From assembly GCA_012295275.1 (NCBI GenBank), contig CM022672.1, positions 9,300,001 through 9,364,000 of the forward strand: 64,000 nt of DNA. The letters are read 5' to 3'. The notes under the pieces were generated by a model. The model saw only the letters and a list, made by a program, of their open reading frames with translations, was not told the origin of the DNA and did no database searches. Position numbers and translations under genes: made by a program. Positions 15,824 to 31,803 of this stretch are shown here, piece by piece. Each line of letters begins with the position of its first letter. Within the stretch, counting starts at the first letter, position 1. Source of the stretch: Chrysomallon squamiferum (lineage: Eukaryota > Animalia > Mollusca).

Positions 15824-17804
15824 AACACATATGACGTCATTCCATTAAAACTGTATACACCTTTTTAAATAAATAATTCTTCGTATGCAGTCATACAAAT
15901 TCATACAAGTTCTGCAGGTATTTAAATAGTATAATGAAATGTATTCGTTTCTGTATCATTAATTTAATCAGAAATGTAAATAACTCGGCAGGTTTTTCAA
16001 ATACTGAAACCATTTTGTGTGTCTGTGTGCATTATATATACATATGTGTGTGTGTGTATGTGTATGTTTGTGTATCTGTGTGTTTTGTAAGTCTGTCAGA
16101 TATTATTAAAAGTCAAATATAGTAGTGTAGTGCGTCAGAGACTAAACTGTGTCTGAATGCAAATGTTTGACCTTTCGTTAACAGCATGTAATGTATGGTA
16201 TAATTATAGCAATATCAGCTGGGTAGCTCGAACAACAGTTAACTGATATGGTAATTATTACATGATTTATTAATACTATTAATATAAAGACCTTTCATAC
16301 CACAATTACTTTATTAACAACTGAAGATTTTACATTCCGTATGAAAAAAACGTTAATGAAATGATGATTATAATAATTCTAACAACAACAATAGCTACAT
16401 TAATCATGATACTAAAATTAAGTACTATTAACGACAATAATAGTAACAATAATAACAATACAAATAACAACAACAATAAAATATACAATAATAAATAAAT
16501 AACTTATTTACACACATTAAAAAAAAATAATAATAATTATGTCTGAAAATAAAATGTATCATAAAAATTGATTTTCTGATGTAAAAGTTCAACGTACACA
16601 TTACTTAATTCTCTTTTACTTATTTACATTTCTAATTCGCTTAACATTGCGCAAGCGACATGCAAAGAAAATGAATTATGAGAGAACTTAATCTTCTTTC
16701 AGATGTGTCATTAAACCACATCAATATTTAATCTATTTTCAATAATGAAATTTCCTTGTTCGTTTTCATTCCCTCTTACAGGCAGGTTGCAGCAGAGTTC
16801 AGTTACTTATATTAATGTTCTCTCTCTATAACATAATATTGTAAACATACTCTATGTCTTTAAATACAAGGATCTGTGTAGGTCTGAGGAAAAAAGGAAG
16901 ACAGGTGGAAATAACTGATAAGTGATTAAACACTATCATCAAAGCCAGGCAGGTGTATATTGACCTCAGGTATAAAATAAGGTACATCGGGAGGATTACA
17001 TTAGATAAATAGCTGATTAATGACATCGTTAGTCGAAGAATTCAATTTGTGTGTGTCATTCCAGTCGAATAAACGTGAGATGTAGCGATTCATCCAATTC
17101 ACACAACAGCATGTTGTAATCAATTCTCCATGTGACATGTCATGCGTCTGCGTGTGTGTCTGTGTGTGTGTGTTGTGTGTGTGTGTGTGTGTGTGTCTGG
17201 ATGTGTGTTTGTGAGAGAGAGAGAGCGAGTGAGAGAGACAGACAGAGAGAGAGAGAGAAAAGACTGTATATATATATATAGAGAGATATACAGATAGATA
17301 TAAGTGAAAGAGGAATAATTTGTGTGTTTCACCTAAGTAAGCTATGTGAATGACGTGTGAAAATATATGCCGATAGAAAGAGACATACAGAAAGAGAGAG
17401 AACAGAAAGAGTAATAGCAGCCATACTAGTAGTCGTAGTTGTAGCAGTAACAATAATAAGATAATACGGTGTTTATTATCAAATTAAGAATATGACGTCA
17501 TTGTCACTAGTATTTTCCGCTTGTCTGAATTAAGCAGAGAAAAGGTATGAACATTGTTAATACATCAACACATTTCATTTCAAATTGCAGCAAACACTAG
17601 TATCACTGGAGCCAAAACGATTTATATTAATTTTTAACGACACCTTTTTTTTTTTTTTTTTTTTTTTTTGCCCCTAACGCTGTGGTGAAATGAAAAATTG
17701 ATTGGTTGGGATGTGTCCAAACTGAAAGAAAGCAAAAAATGCAGAGATCTTATTTAAAGCCTGTAATCTGTGTGAAACCTAATATAGATGTTATTTATTT
17801 ATAC

Positions 17805-17852
<48 letters not shown>

Positions 17853-18529
17853 TACATACGTTGTAGTGTAACCCTCTTTCGAAACCAAAATATGACGCTG
17901 TTTTTAAAGATATCAGATAACAATAATTCATATAATGATTAGATTTATGGATGAATATTTGATCTATATATTAACGATCTGAATGTATTTATAAACAAAC
18001 AAACCAAAAAAAATAATAATAATAATTTTTGTTTTTTTTTAAAAGCAAAAAAAGCATCATGGTTTGAAAACCAAAACCTGTTTTTTTACCTTTTTTATTT
18101 TATTTTATTTATTTCTACTTCTTCTTCTTTGTTTTTTTTTCTTCTTCTTCTTGTTAAACTTTATTATTATTATTATTATTATTATTATTCTTATTCTTTG
18201 GTTTTTCTTTTATTAAATCTATTGTGTTACATCTTTAACTGTTAAACTTTAAACTGTCATACAGTTTATATCAGTAATCATTAAAAAGATAATTAACCAC
18301 ATATTAAAACAATTCATGTAAATTTAGTTTGTCTGTTAACCAAATAACACATGCTAACTTCTTTTTGTGTCCTTTGGGTTCAGGTGATCACGCACAGAAG
18401 CACACATGCGATCAGTCAAATCTCTTGGTTTAAATATATTCGTCAAAAGTGACAGAACAATCGGTCTTCCATTATGAGCAATAGCAATGTTTTATTTTAT
18501 AAGTAGCACCTGCGGCATAAACCCTCCTC

Positions 18530-18770
<241 letters not shown>

Positions 18771-20074
18771 CACTCTCACATTCTAAGACACACTACAGTA
18801 TTCTCTCGTGTTTTTTCGTCACTCACTTTTTTTCTGTCTTATTTGCACGGGGAGATAATTCTTGCTGTACTCTCCCTCTGAGAGATGTTTTTTTCACAAA
18901 TCTGTTAACATCTTATAAGTAAGGTCGATAATTATTTCACACACAGATCGAACATTTGTTAATGTGTATCTCTATGTGTGTGTTTGCGTATGTGTGTGTG
19001 TGTGTGTGAGTGGATATAATGTATACGGAGTATATCAAAATTTGAAATTTATTAGTGAAATTTTTTGTATTCATTCTCCTTTTTTAATTCTAATTTCATT
19101 TCTTCTTCTTTTCTTCATATTTCTATCTTTGTTGTTGGTAATTTATTCTTTCTTTAAATTCGTCTTTTTTCATTTCAGTAATCTCTTTAATATGCGAATA
19201 TGCATATTTATATACGCAAGGATATGCCTTGTTCTGTATGTGTTTATATAATTTATGTATATGTTGACAGATAGACAGACTAACAGACAGACAGACAAAG
19301 ACAGACATACAGATTTTTTTTTTATGTCATATAATATAATATAATATAATATAATATAATATAATGTAATGTAATATAATATATATACGAATAATATAAA
19401 CATGGATGTGAAGGTTTGCATACACTTACAGACGTACATATAGCATGTAATAAAAATATCATCAATAACCTGTTACATAATGTTATGTTAATATTTATAT
19501 ATATAAGAATAATGAGCTTAGATAATTACTGTAAAGCACGTATTCGCCTTGCTTAGTACACCTCCAGACTACATATCTATCATATCTGACAAATGACTCG
19601 TTTTCTTCAAAACGATCGTTAATTACCGTATATCTTTATATATAGGAACATAGAACAGTCCTATAGAGTGACTGTGCGGCTGGCAGATTAGAAGAAGACT
19701 GAGTATAATAAGCTGATTGTTTGATTGGTTACTTGGCTGGTTAGGTAATGGACCTGTCTTACTCTTTATTTGTATATCAATCAATCTATATAATCTAGCT
19801 GTCTAGATGCTACCTATCTATCTATCTATCTATCTGTCTCTCTATTTCTGTGTCTGTCTGTCTGTCTGTCTGTATATCTATCTCTATATCGATATATTAT
19901 GTTTTCTAATTATTGTTCTTTTAATTATACAACTGTGTGTATATGAGTGCATGTACGTGTCTATGTGTAGGTCTGTCTATGTCGTAGATATTACGGTAAA
20001 GAAAAAAAAAAAAAAAAACAACAAAAAACAATTCTGCACCTCTATACCCTCATTATTTCAGACAACGCTAAATG

Positions 20075-20430
20075 TCAGCACGATATAGCCGTGCAATCAA
20101 CGGCAAGTCTTTACATCGTATAATAACCGTCGAACAACCGTCACACAATGAATAAACCGTAAGAACCGCCGGCTATTATTTTAATATTGACCGTAAAGCG
20201 CCGCAGACACGGCACGCAGACAGATAAAAAGCTTGATCGCTGCGCATTCTTACCTCCAGCAGGTAAAAACCGCCAAGAGCCGCAAAACGCGAACGAAATA
20301 CGCGGCTGAGTATCGAGTGGAAGAAAGCGTAAACAAACTGGTCGGAGCAGACGGATCTTTTAGGAGTTGTGCGCTGTCTCGGTCCAGGTCACAAATTACG
20401 TAATGGGACGTCCTTACAGCCCGGATGTGA
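20075..20430 (-). promoter_or_regulatory. CpG-rich island / candidate first exon of a minus-strand transcript
   Basis: Strongest CpG enrichment seen in the window. Strong minus-strand donor GAG|GTAAGA (intron from 20253), palindrome TTACGTAA 20396-20403, clustered ACCG(T) motifs 20145-20195. Confidence 0.45.
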
Positions 20431-21175
20431 ATTCTTAAACTTTTTTTTTTTTTTTAAAAGGGGATTACCTGCCCTTACCTCTTGGGATTACGTTGGTTAA
20501 AAGGAGCACAGCAACATTCCAGTGTACATACGTATACATAATTATATTTTTGTATATGAACAACGATGGCAACTGCAGACAACGAAGCTATGTAAGTACA
20601 CGTGTTATTTGCATTGCGAGAACCGTTCATTTTACTGGTTGTTAAAATCAAATTAAATACGATCACACATATAATAGAAAATAAATTATATCATGTGACT
20701 GAAGTGCGTCTGTGCGTTTTACTACACTTTCACCCACATTGTTTGATTTTCTTTCAGTACACATTACATATACTTTTGGGTATATCTATCTGTTTGATCG
20801 ATAAATATTCTCATTAATACATAATATTTATTGCATTATTGATATAAGCAAAGTTTTAGCTCGGAATTTTGCAAATACTTTGAACCTTCGTTATCTAAGT
20901 TACACTCGAAATAAGCCAAACGACCCGATAAAATATAGCTCTGTTTCGTTTTAAAATCTTTGCAGTAGCTTTATTTGTTTTCCCAAAATAGCAAGTCCAG
21001 TATTGTTGTTTGTAGAGAAGGTTACATACATTCAAGATATCTATAATAGTATTGCATGATGAATGAAGAAAAATGAGTCTAAGTATTAGATATATCTGCA
21101 AAAAGGGACAAACGAATAAAAGATATAACTTTTGAAATAGTGGTAGGTTTAAACGAGTGAGGAAGAGAGACAGAC

Positions 21176-21277
<102 letters not shown>

Positions 21278-21849
21278 TGTGTGTGTGTGTTATTGCGTTC
21301 TGAAAGATAAAACAACATAATGAATACAACGATCAGATTAAAGCATGTGATCCGAGATAACAATATGGAAAGTGCACCCTCTAGGACAGTTTTAGAACCG
21401 CCGATTGATAAGGTGGCATTTAACGTAAACATGAGTCATAGTTTCATGAATGTAGACGAATTTTCAGCGTACTAGTGTTAAACTTATCAGCTACAAATTT
21501 TTTATCAGTGTTTTCATACGTACAAAACGAGAGGTTAACTTGCTGCTGTCTAAATATAAACGTGGCCAGGTGATACACTGATCGCTTTCCTACCGCACAA
21601 ACCTCGGCTTCCAGCTTCAGCTCTGAAATAACTTCTTTTATTGACATTTTTTTCATCTCGTGTTTTATCGTCAGTGATATTTCCTTTCTCGTTCCTTTCT
21701 TTCTTTCTTTGCGTTTATGTACACGTGTGTTCGTTTTGTGTATTTATATTGAGGAACGTACGCATATGTATGTTTGTATGAAGTAGGTGTGTCTGTCTGT
21801 GTGTATGTGTATGTTTGTTTAAACATGTAGTATATAATATGTGTATGTA

Positions 21850-21903
<54 letters not shown>

Positions 21904-22196
21904 GGTATATGTTTATTTGGTTTGTGGGTATGTGTGTGCAGTATACATATATGTATGTTTACGTGTATATATGGTGTAATTTGTTTTCTATGTCTTCGTT
22001 TTAAAAATTAAGAAATGTCAGTATATCATGACAAAAAGTACTTTCAGAGTATTCATTCTCTTAATTTCGACGTCTGGTCTGAATAATAACGATAAATTTC
22101 CTTCTGTTTCCTGTCTGTCTTCCTTCACTTTTTTCCTCCTATCTTTAATATATGTTTGTTTTTTTTGTGTTTTTTTGTGTGGTTTTTTGTGTTTTT

Positions 22197-22235
<39 letters not shown>

Positions 22236-22814
22236 TATAATAATTTCTTTATACTAAAAAAAAAAGAAGAAGAAACAAACAAAAAGTTTCTTATAACGTT
22301 TATAAAATAAGAGTTTTTCGAGCATCATTTTAATTAATAAATAACGATATTCAAAATGGCACTTCACTTTTCCGTATGTTAGGTTGTTTAATATCATTAA
22401 ATTCTGTCATGCAGTGAAATATAATATTTCCTCTGCATTCATGTTTTTTTTTTTTTTTTAATTCTTTTTTCATTATTGGGTAGATTATTTTTTGCCTTGT
22501 TTTTTTCTTTTTTCTTTTCGTATTTAGTTTCTTTTTTCAGTATGTATCATTCATATTTAATTATTTTCAACTCGTAACAATGTCGGTGCAGTCACCTCTA
22601 TGCTTTATCTGTTTTGAAAGCTCAGATTGTATATTAGATATATAAATAGCAAGGTATGTAAACATGTAAAGTTCACATTAACCTAAGATACATTTAGGTA
22701 ATCGACACAGTAGTTTGGACTTGAAAATATATCAGTAAAAGATAACGTGCCCACGCACACATGCACACTACGTCTTAAGCACACTGACATACACATATAC
22801 ATACTTAAATACAT

Positions 22815-22826
22815 ATATAGATAGAT

Positions 22827-22902
<76 letters not shown>

Positions 22903-23175
22903 GTAGACCGATAGATAGATAGGTAGGTAGGTAGGTAGGTAGATAGATAGATAGATAGATAGATATAGAAAGATAGATAGATAGATAGATATATAGATAG
23001 ATAGAGATAGAAAGATAGATAGATAGATAGATATAGATATATAGATAATAGATATAGATAGCTACATATATACACATACACACATACATATATACATACA
23101 TACATTCATACATACATACAAATATATATGCATATATACAAACATACATACGTACACACGTACACACATACATAC
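22815..23175. repeat. Compound (GATA)n/(GGTA)n/(ATAC)n microsatellite
   Basis: Seen directly. Confidence 0.95.
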
Positions 23176-23748
23176 ATAACCTTTAGCTTTGGCGCTTTAC
23201 AGATGGGATCTTTATCTCCCGGTCTACTTTCGTGCTCTTTAACTGGAAATACTGTATTTCAAATTTAGTATTCAAATGAGTTATACTAATATTGAAACCA
23301 TTAAGAATAATAACAACACACTTATTATTAAACTTTATTCCATATCAAGAATAATAATAATAATAATAAAATTACGAGTACAGAATGTTTCTACTGAACT
23401 TTATTGTATAGAAAGAATAGGTACTATTACAATCATTTTACAGTAGATGTATTAGATCAAAATAATATGGCGGCTTATAATAAATTTTCGCTGATGTCGA
23501 TCCTAGGACACGAACCCAATGCCATCCATTCGGCCGTACTGGTGTTTCAGAAAATATCGACAGTCTCATTATTTAGTGTTTTAAATAAATTAGTACTGCA
23601 CGGAACGTCTGTCTATATTCGTGTACTTCTGGTAACGTTGATATTTCGGTATCAGACATAATTCACGTTTTACCATCACATGCTTTGGACTGTAATTAAA
23701 TAATCTAATGTGCACCTGCATGTGGTCTGCATTAATCCTGCACGCTAC

Positions 23749-23845
23749 TTAAGGCCAATAGCGTTCAGAAACGATATTTCTGTTTAAGGCCAATGGCTTT
23801 CAGAAACGATATTTCTGTTTAAGGCCAATAGCTTTCAGAAACGAT
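23749..23845. repeat. 35-bp tandem repeat, about 2.8 copies
   Basis: TTAAGGCCAATAGCGTTCAGAAACGATATTTCTGT starting at 23749, 23784 and 23819. Confidence 0.92.
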
Positions 23846-24879
23846 GGAGTCTTACAGAATAAAAGGCTTATGTAATTAAAATTAAAATAAACTGTGTTTA
23901 AGTAAAGTAATGTTTGCGTATTTAGCACGACAGTGTATGTTCAGAAGGATTCTTATTGATTGACAAACATCTTATATATTAATAGTAAAAGCTGTATCGT
24001 TTTATAGATTGTAATTTTATGCAAATTTTATGCGAGTTGTATATGCATTTCTTTACATTTTTTGTCTGCATCAGTGAATGTGTATACAAATGTTTGCATC
24101 TAAAACCCAACTCGGATTTTCGGATATTACAGATGAGAAAAATTTGAAAGTTTATAATATAATATTATTTATTTTTCTTAAAGCCTTGTGACATTTAACA
24201 ACTGCTGTTAGAGTTGGTGTCACCGTTGTTGACATTACTGTTGCTACATAATGGTGGTGTCATGTAATTATTTACATATGCTTCAAGCACTAAAAAACCT
24301 CTTTTTCGAGGGGAGGGAACATTCAATTTAATTATTGATCTGAAAAAAATCTGTATTAAAAAGAAAATATATTTTAAGATCACGAGTACGTGCCTTTGAA
24401 AAATGTCAACGACTGACGTGATTCACGAAAATAAAATAAATTTAAAATAATAATAAAAAAAAAATTAATAAATAAAATAAAATAAAATAGAATAGAATAG
24501 AATAGAATAAAATAAAATTCTTGCAATCTTTCAACGTTACGTGTATCTATGAATCAGCCTAGAACTCAGATCACAGTGACACGGGACACTGTCGACATGC
24601 AGTGAAAACTGGTTTGGGTTCAGTGGTTCGTACAGAAATTAGCACAGAATAAACGTGAACTTTATTCTGTTTTTCCTTGTTTGTTTTTGGAATAATAGGA
24701 TATATTCGTCTCAGTGGATGCGCCGTTTTTGTTTTGTTTTTTGTGTTTGTTTTTTTTATTTTTTTACTGTTCCACACATTGCTCTTGAAAAAAAAAAGTT
24801 TTTTTTCTTTGTTATTTTAGTTTTCTTTTTTTTTTTAAATTTCTTTATTTATTCATTTTTCTTTTTTATGTATTTTTTT

Positions 24880-24921
<42 letters not shown>

Positions 24922-27900
24922 ATGTAAAACCAATTATAACGGATTGTTTCGTCAAACGAAATGTCGATACGTCATGCTATTTTACCTGACACGAAAATTA
25001 CAGCGAAACATTATTCAGTCTTTAGTATTTATTTAACTTACTGGATCACTAGTTAAAACTTTAGAATTTTCGAGCTATTATGTGTGGAAATCTCGTACAT
25101 TAAAAATAGAGGAGGTTTACAGAAAGAACAGGCTTTTGTTTAGCTGTCTTCCTAACATACTAACCTTATACGAGAAATCGAAAATAATACTATGCAGCTA
25201 TTTATTTATTTATTTATTTATTTATCTGTCAGTTTGTCTATCTATCTATCCATCCATCCATCTATCTACCTATTTTAATAAAATGGTATTTATATATAAA
25301 CTTAACTAATAACAATAACAATAATAATAGTAATAACAACAATAACAATAACAACAACAGCAGAGCAGCAGCAACAACAACAACAACAACAACAATAATA
25401 ATAATAATAATAATATCCTAATAGTTCTAAAGTTTATAAAAACTAGCTAGCAAAGTAAACAGTAATTATATTCAATTAAAAACTTAAATAATCTAGAAAA
25501 ATATATACATTTATAAACACACTCATTATTTGTATGGAGTAAAATGTAATGTATATAATTAGAACCAATGCAAATACTACGTTTCTGTCATTCAGATACA
25601 TTTTTACCATTGCAGTATAATATTAACTTTCACCACGGCAGAACAGTTAAATAACTTGGCTTAGATAAAGAACTGAACTGATTCTGATTCCGTACCAGAG
25701 AATCAGGGTCGAATCAAAAATTTCATAAAGGGGCGGACAAGTTACAGCTTTAAATTTATGTTTCTTGATTTAAACGTAAGAATAGATCTACATGTTATTT
25801 CGTTTTAGAGAATTCAGGAGCGGATGCAGTAATTAAAATGAGTAATTAAACTGATTTTAGTGGGAACAGGTTTGAAGAGTAAATGAGTTTAATTTGTAAA
25901 TAATAATAGCGATAGTTTTGCTTGAGTCTCCAAACCCATCCCAACCTAAATTTGCATAAATTTTGGTATGGTTTTAATATAATGTGATGTAATGAAATAT
26001 AATATAATGTAATAAAAAGTAATGTTATGTAATGTAATCTAATGCGATGTGATAATATTATAGACCTTATTATAATATAAGATGTCAAATGATATAATAT
26101 GATATAATGTAATGTAATGTAATGTAAAGTAATGTAATGAAATATATATCTTTATTAAATCTCGAATCATCTTATGAAAGACAAACCATATTAATCTATC
26201 TTCATCTCTTTTCAATCTAAGCAAAACCGACAAAAGAAACAACAACACAAAAATGAAATTAAAAAATAAATAAATTTCGTATCTGTCATTGCATACAGTT
26301 TGTTAGCAAACGTCTCAACATAGATTCATTTTGCTTGTCTTCATCGTTCGTCAGAAATAACACAGTCAACTTGCTTCTATGTCTATGAGACCTACATGTC
26401 CTCATTAGTTAGTCGAGCTTACCATCTGCTCTGATTCATTTGGTTATTTTCTCTCAGCTATTTTTTCCTTTCATCAAGCCGGTAGAGAGTCCCAGTTATG
26501 TTCTGCCACGGGAGAAAGCATTTGGTGCAGGGAAAATCTTGTTAACTCTGCGTGTACGTTTTCTCTTCATCATCTTTGAGCACTAAACCCACTGCGTACA
26601 TGTTAATTAAAGGCAGAAATCAATTAGGTGTGCTCGTTTGAAATTACTGACATTCGTTTTATTTTCATTCGTTTGTTTCTTCGATCGTTCGCTCAGTGTT
26701 ATTAAGCTTGTGTTTGGCGATGGTAGTGCAGGTGGTAACCTTGATGATGATGATGATGGGTAATGTTGGTGTTGTTGTTATTGTTGTTGCTGTTGTTGTT
26801 GTTGTTGTTGTTGTTGTTATAGTTAATGGTGGTCTTTGATATAACATAGTTTTATATAGATTTTTCTTAGACAATTTTTGTTTTTGTTTTGTTGTTGGGT
26901 TAATTATATTGTTATTGTTTTTTTTTTCTTTTTTTTCTCGTCAATATTTCTCTTATAATTTATAAATTTATTTATTTCACTGCATTTTTTTTCAACTTAA
27001 AAATTCAACATAAAAAGTCCTCAGGTAATAGACTGTCATTAGAAAGTTCTTTTATTCTTTGTTTTTCATTTTCAGTTTCTTTTTATGAAATTAACATTAT
27101 AGATATTTTTCTTTATATCCTTTTCCCGTTATTATTATCTTTAATCATTCATATATTTATTTACTTCACTGAATTCTTTCTCAACTGTTATTAGAATTAT
27201 TTTTTATTCCTTCCGGTTTAAATTTATTTTTATAAAATTAACATTATTTTTTATTATTATTTTTTCTTTTTACCTTTACATAACGATTCTTGGTTTTGGT
27301 TCTAAAAGTATCAATTTTTATTAAATTTTTCTTCTTCTACTACTTCTAAAACTGCTTCACAGCCCAGCTAGAACACATCTGATCTTCAGACTGATAAATC
27401 TATATTAAAAAATTCCAAATTGTTAGATGTAATGAAAGATCGGACGCGTCTGTTGATGCAATAATGTTGTTCTGTTCTACAGATCAGATGCAGTGCAGAC
27501 TCGAGTTAGAAATAAATGAAGCGACAAGCAATGGGCATGTTCTGCTAAATACATAGGTGTTGTCTTTCATCATGCATCCATGATGAAGTTATTTCTCAGA
27601 ACTAAAACTGAAAGATATTCTGCTGTTATTATTATTATTATTATTATTAGTAGTAGTAGTAGTAGTAGTAGTAGAAGTAGTAGTAGTACTAGTAGTAGTA
27701 GTAGTAATATTGTTGTTGTTGTTGTTACAATAATAATGTTTATCTATCCGTAAAAACGTTTTGTTTATTTATCTGTTCAGTTATTTAATTTATTACTTCA
27801 ACCAGCTTATTATTCACTTGGGTTTGCTGGTGAAAGAGATATTATTTTGATAAATCTAATTTTATCTATCTCGGTATACCTTTTTCTTTCCACTTACATA

Positions 27901-28258
27901 TTAATTCATTTGGGCTTACTCCAGTGATATAACATATGGTCGATAATATATATATATATATATATATATATAATGGATATTTTACATTTACGTCATATAA
28001 CTGGTTTCTCTTCTGAATAACAACACATGTGCATGTCTTCTATTATTATCACATTCATACATTTTGCTTTAAATCTCAGCACATTTATTTGCTATATCTA
28101 TATCTGTATATCTGTGACACGTCCGTTAATGTATGTATGTTTCGATATGCTTGTGTTTGTTTGGTATGTCTGTATTTAACATAAATGGACACCAGTAATT
28201 AATTCATATTTATAATTACAATAAAACATTATTTTATGATTATTGTTATTATTATTAC

Positions 28259-28302
<44 letters not shown>

Positions 28303-29352
28303 TTTTATCCTGTGTTCTAATGATTCTGAGTTACATATTTTTCATCTTAAAAATAGAATCGTATTAGAAGATATTTATGAACAAAAATAGTATAAGTATA
28401 TCGTTATACAAATTTACTATGATTCAAATCATGTGTCGATTTTGAATCTTTCACATTAACTCAGTCTTACTCTTTCAGTCGCGACCTTTTTGTTATTAAA
28501 CGCAGGAAACGACACAACACGTCGACTTCATATTGACTAACTTAACAGAAAGGAAAATAAAATGAAAATGGGAAACAGCTTTATTATTTTCACAATGTCA
28601 TAATGTCGGTATATATATATCAGAAGCTTTTGTAAGAGCCTATACATAGTTTTATAACAGAAGCAATCGACTTTGAACTTAAAAGTGTAATCAATTGCGC
28701 TTTCATGGGAAGTATTTATCGCTTTTTCAGCTGCTTTTGTACCTCAGTTTATGTAATTACAAATATAAACATCGTTTAAACTAACTGATAGTTGTTTGGG
28801 GTTTCCGTGTTTTTCATCTAATTTATTGCTACAGAAGTATTTTTAAGTTATTATTTGTTGTAAGAAAAGGTGGGTAGATAAACAGAGACACGGAGATTTT
28901 CTGATTAAGTGATTGGATTGATAGATACAGGTGGGAAGATAAAATATTCATGGATGGATGGATAGATGGATATGAATAAATAGAGAGAAAAGCAGGCAGT
29001 CCAGAAAGATCGATAGATGAATTAAGAAAATATGGACAGCCTAGGCAAACAAAGTGATACAAACGACAGTGTTACGAAATGAAATTATGTATCGCAAGAT
29101 AGATAAATGTACAGAATGAAAGCAATAATTTGAGAAGTGTCAACAAACAAATAAACAAATAAGCAAATAACAAACAAACAAATAATAAATAAATAAACCA
29201 ACATACAACTGAATAAATAAATAATGATGAGATGAAGATACTATTACAACGACGATTCTATTAGTACTACAAGTACGACTACTACTACTGTTGCTTCTAC
29301 TACTATTACTACGACTACTACTACTACTACTACTACTACTACAACCAACAAC

Positions 29353-29424
<72 letters not shown>

Positions 29425-29455
29425 GTACTGTTAAACTAAAAAAAAGTAAATAGAA

Positions 29456-29491
<36 letters not shown>

Positions 29492-30044
29492 ATCTTTATA
29501 TTTTCATTTTCATTCGGAGCTGGTTGTTTATTCTGTCTCTGCCAAATTACGTTTGAACACTGACAGCCCATGGAAATATTTTCGCCATATGTTGCCTACA
29601 CAGCACACAAAAGAACTTTCAAACCGTCTCACTAATACCGTTTTAGCCCGCAGATTCGTAAATGATTGAATACAAATCTAATTCTCCGCGAGTACCAATC
29701 CAATTTGTTTCTCAGATGTTTTCCGCAAAACGAAATTTCAAAAATCTACGGTTGCTTTCTGCTCGTAAATACTAGAACACAAGTGACAGGTTTTATTCGT
29801 GTCCTTTTCCTAATTTTCCCAATGATGAATTGTGTGTTTTGTCTGCTACAATTCTATCTGGCAGCTTTGTGTTTGTTTTTTTTATTTTTTTATTTATTGG
29901 TGTTATTGTTGCTGCTGCTGTTGCTGTTTTCGTCATCATCATCGTCGTCGTCATCCTACTCATCATCATTATAATCGCTTTCTAGATCTGCATGAAGCAG
30001 TTCATTGTCAAACTGAAATAGAAATATTTCTCTACAGATCTTTT

Positions 30045-30480
30045 ACTTCTTCGTCTTCTTTTTCTTCGTTTTCCTCATGTTCTTTGTGTTCTTCTTCTCT
30101 TTCTTTTACTTGTTTTTCTTCTTCTTCTTCTTCGTGTGTTTCTTCTTCGTCTTCTTCGTCTTTTTCTTTTTCTTCTTTTTTATTGTTTTCTTCTTCTTCT
30201 TTTTATTTTTTCTTCTTTTCTTCGTCTTCTTTTGTTTTCTTTTCATCTTTTGTTTCTTTTTATTTTCTTCTTGTTTTTCTCCTTCTTTTTCTTCTTCTTC
30301 TTCTTTTTCTTCTTCTTCGTCTTCTTCTTCTTCTTCTTCGTCGTCTTCTTCTTCTTGTTTTTTCTCTTGTTCTGCTTCAACCTCTTATTGTTCTTCTTCT
30401 ACGTCTTCGTCATCGTTTTTTTCTTCTTTTCCTTTTTCCCTTTCTTCTCCTTCATCGTCTTATTCTTCTTCTTCAAGATC
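30045..30480. repeat. Degenerate (CTT)n polypyrimidine tract
   Basis: About 430 bp of almost pure C/T; explains three overlapping spurious ORFs. Confidence 0.93.
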
Positions 30481-31766
30481 TTTTTAGTTCTAATCTTTCT
30501 TCTCTCAGAACCATGTCAAAGACAGTTTTCTGATTATAATAAATAGTTATAATTATACTTAAGAAATATACTTTTTCATATATCAGATGACTGTTTCTTA
30601 ATATACAATTGCTAACGGTATGGATGATCTGTATCAGGAAGTTAATTCTTATTATTAACAAATTTAAAAATAAAAATTAATGCAACAATTGAAAAGATAA
30701 TTTCAAAACAATAAATAAATAAATAAATTAATTAATTAATTAATTAATTAATTGATTAATTAAAATATAAATCAAAAACAGAAAAATAAATAGCGAGCGC
30801 TAGGGTAATTTTCAGTTTTAAAGGATAGACATTAAAAAAATGAGATATCGAGTAAATAAATAGCATTTAGCATATTAACACGCAGATGCATATATATGTA
30901 CGTACATACATGCATACCTATATAGACACATACTTTACACATACATGTACACACAGACACACACACACACATATATTTACACATATACACATACATACAT
31001 ACATACATAAATACATGCATACGTACGTACGTACGTAGATGCATATATTAATTACTAACACTTGATAATTTCAAGTATCTTGTACTAACAAGAACATCTG
31101 AAGACAGATATATACATTAATAACTCAACTCTACAATCGCCAGAAATAACGAGAAGCTCTTAAAGTGATTTTCCAGCTGATTTGTAATCTAGCGTGCAGG
31201 TATCTGTGAAAACTGAATGTCAGGAGCAGTTAGATCCTTTGTAAAATGTTGATTTATGCTTACTTCTTTTGGAATAATAATAATAATAAGAAGAAGAAGA
31301 ATAACAACAACAACAACAACAGCAACAACAACAACAACAGCAACAATAAAAAGAAGAAAATAGGAAAAGAAAGATGATAATTATGATGGTCATCATCATA
31401 ATAAATCTGAGTAAAGTAAAGTAACGTGTGTGTTTGTACATACAAGCAGAGAGACAGACAAACCCTGATACACACACACACACACACACATACACACACT
31501 CATACAAAAAAATAGATATATATATATATACAAAGGTACATACATGCACGCACACACACACTCACATACATACATACATAACTGCATACATACATCCACA
31601 CACATCATTTCTAAATCGTTGTACTTGTTAACATTTACAGTAGTTTCACGAAAACAGCAGTTGTTTTATTTTTGTATAACGACTTTTGTTCCCGTGGTTC
31701 TTTCCAAATGATGTTTTTCCTTAATTCTCTGCTTTATTTTTGTTTCTTTCAAAAATAAAAATGTTT

Positions 31767-31803
<37 letters not shown>

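Noticed and set aside
23495-23560. Minus-strand B-box-like GGGTTCGTGTCC
   Set aside because: Too degenerate, and the spacing to an A box is unconvincing, so it cannot be called a SINE.
29832-30546. Longest ORF (233 aa) and overlapping Ser/Phe/Leu-rich ORFs
   Set aside because: Translation of a (CTT)n low-complexity tract.
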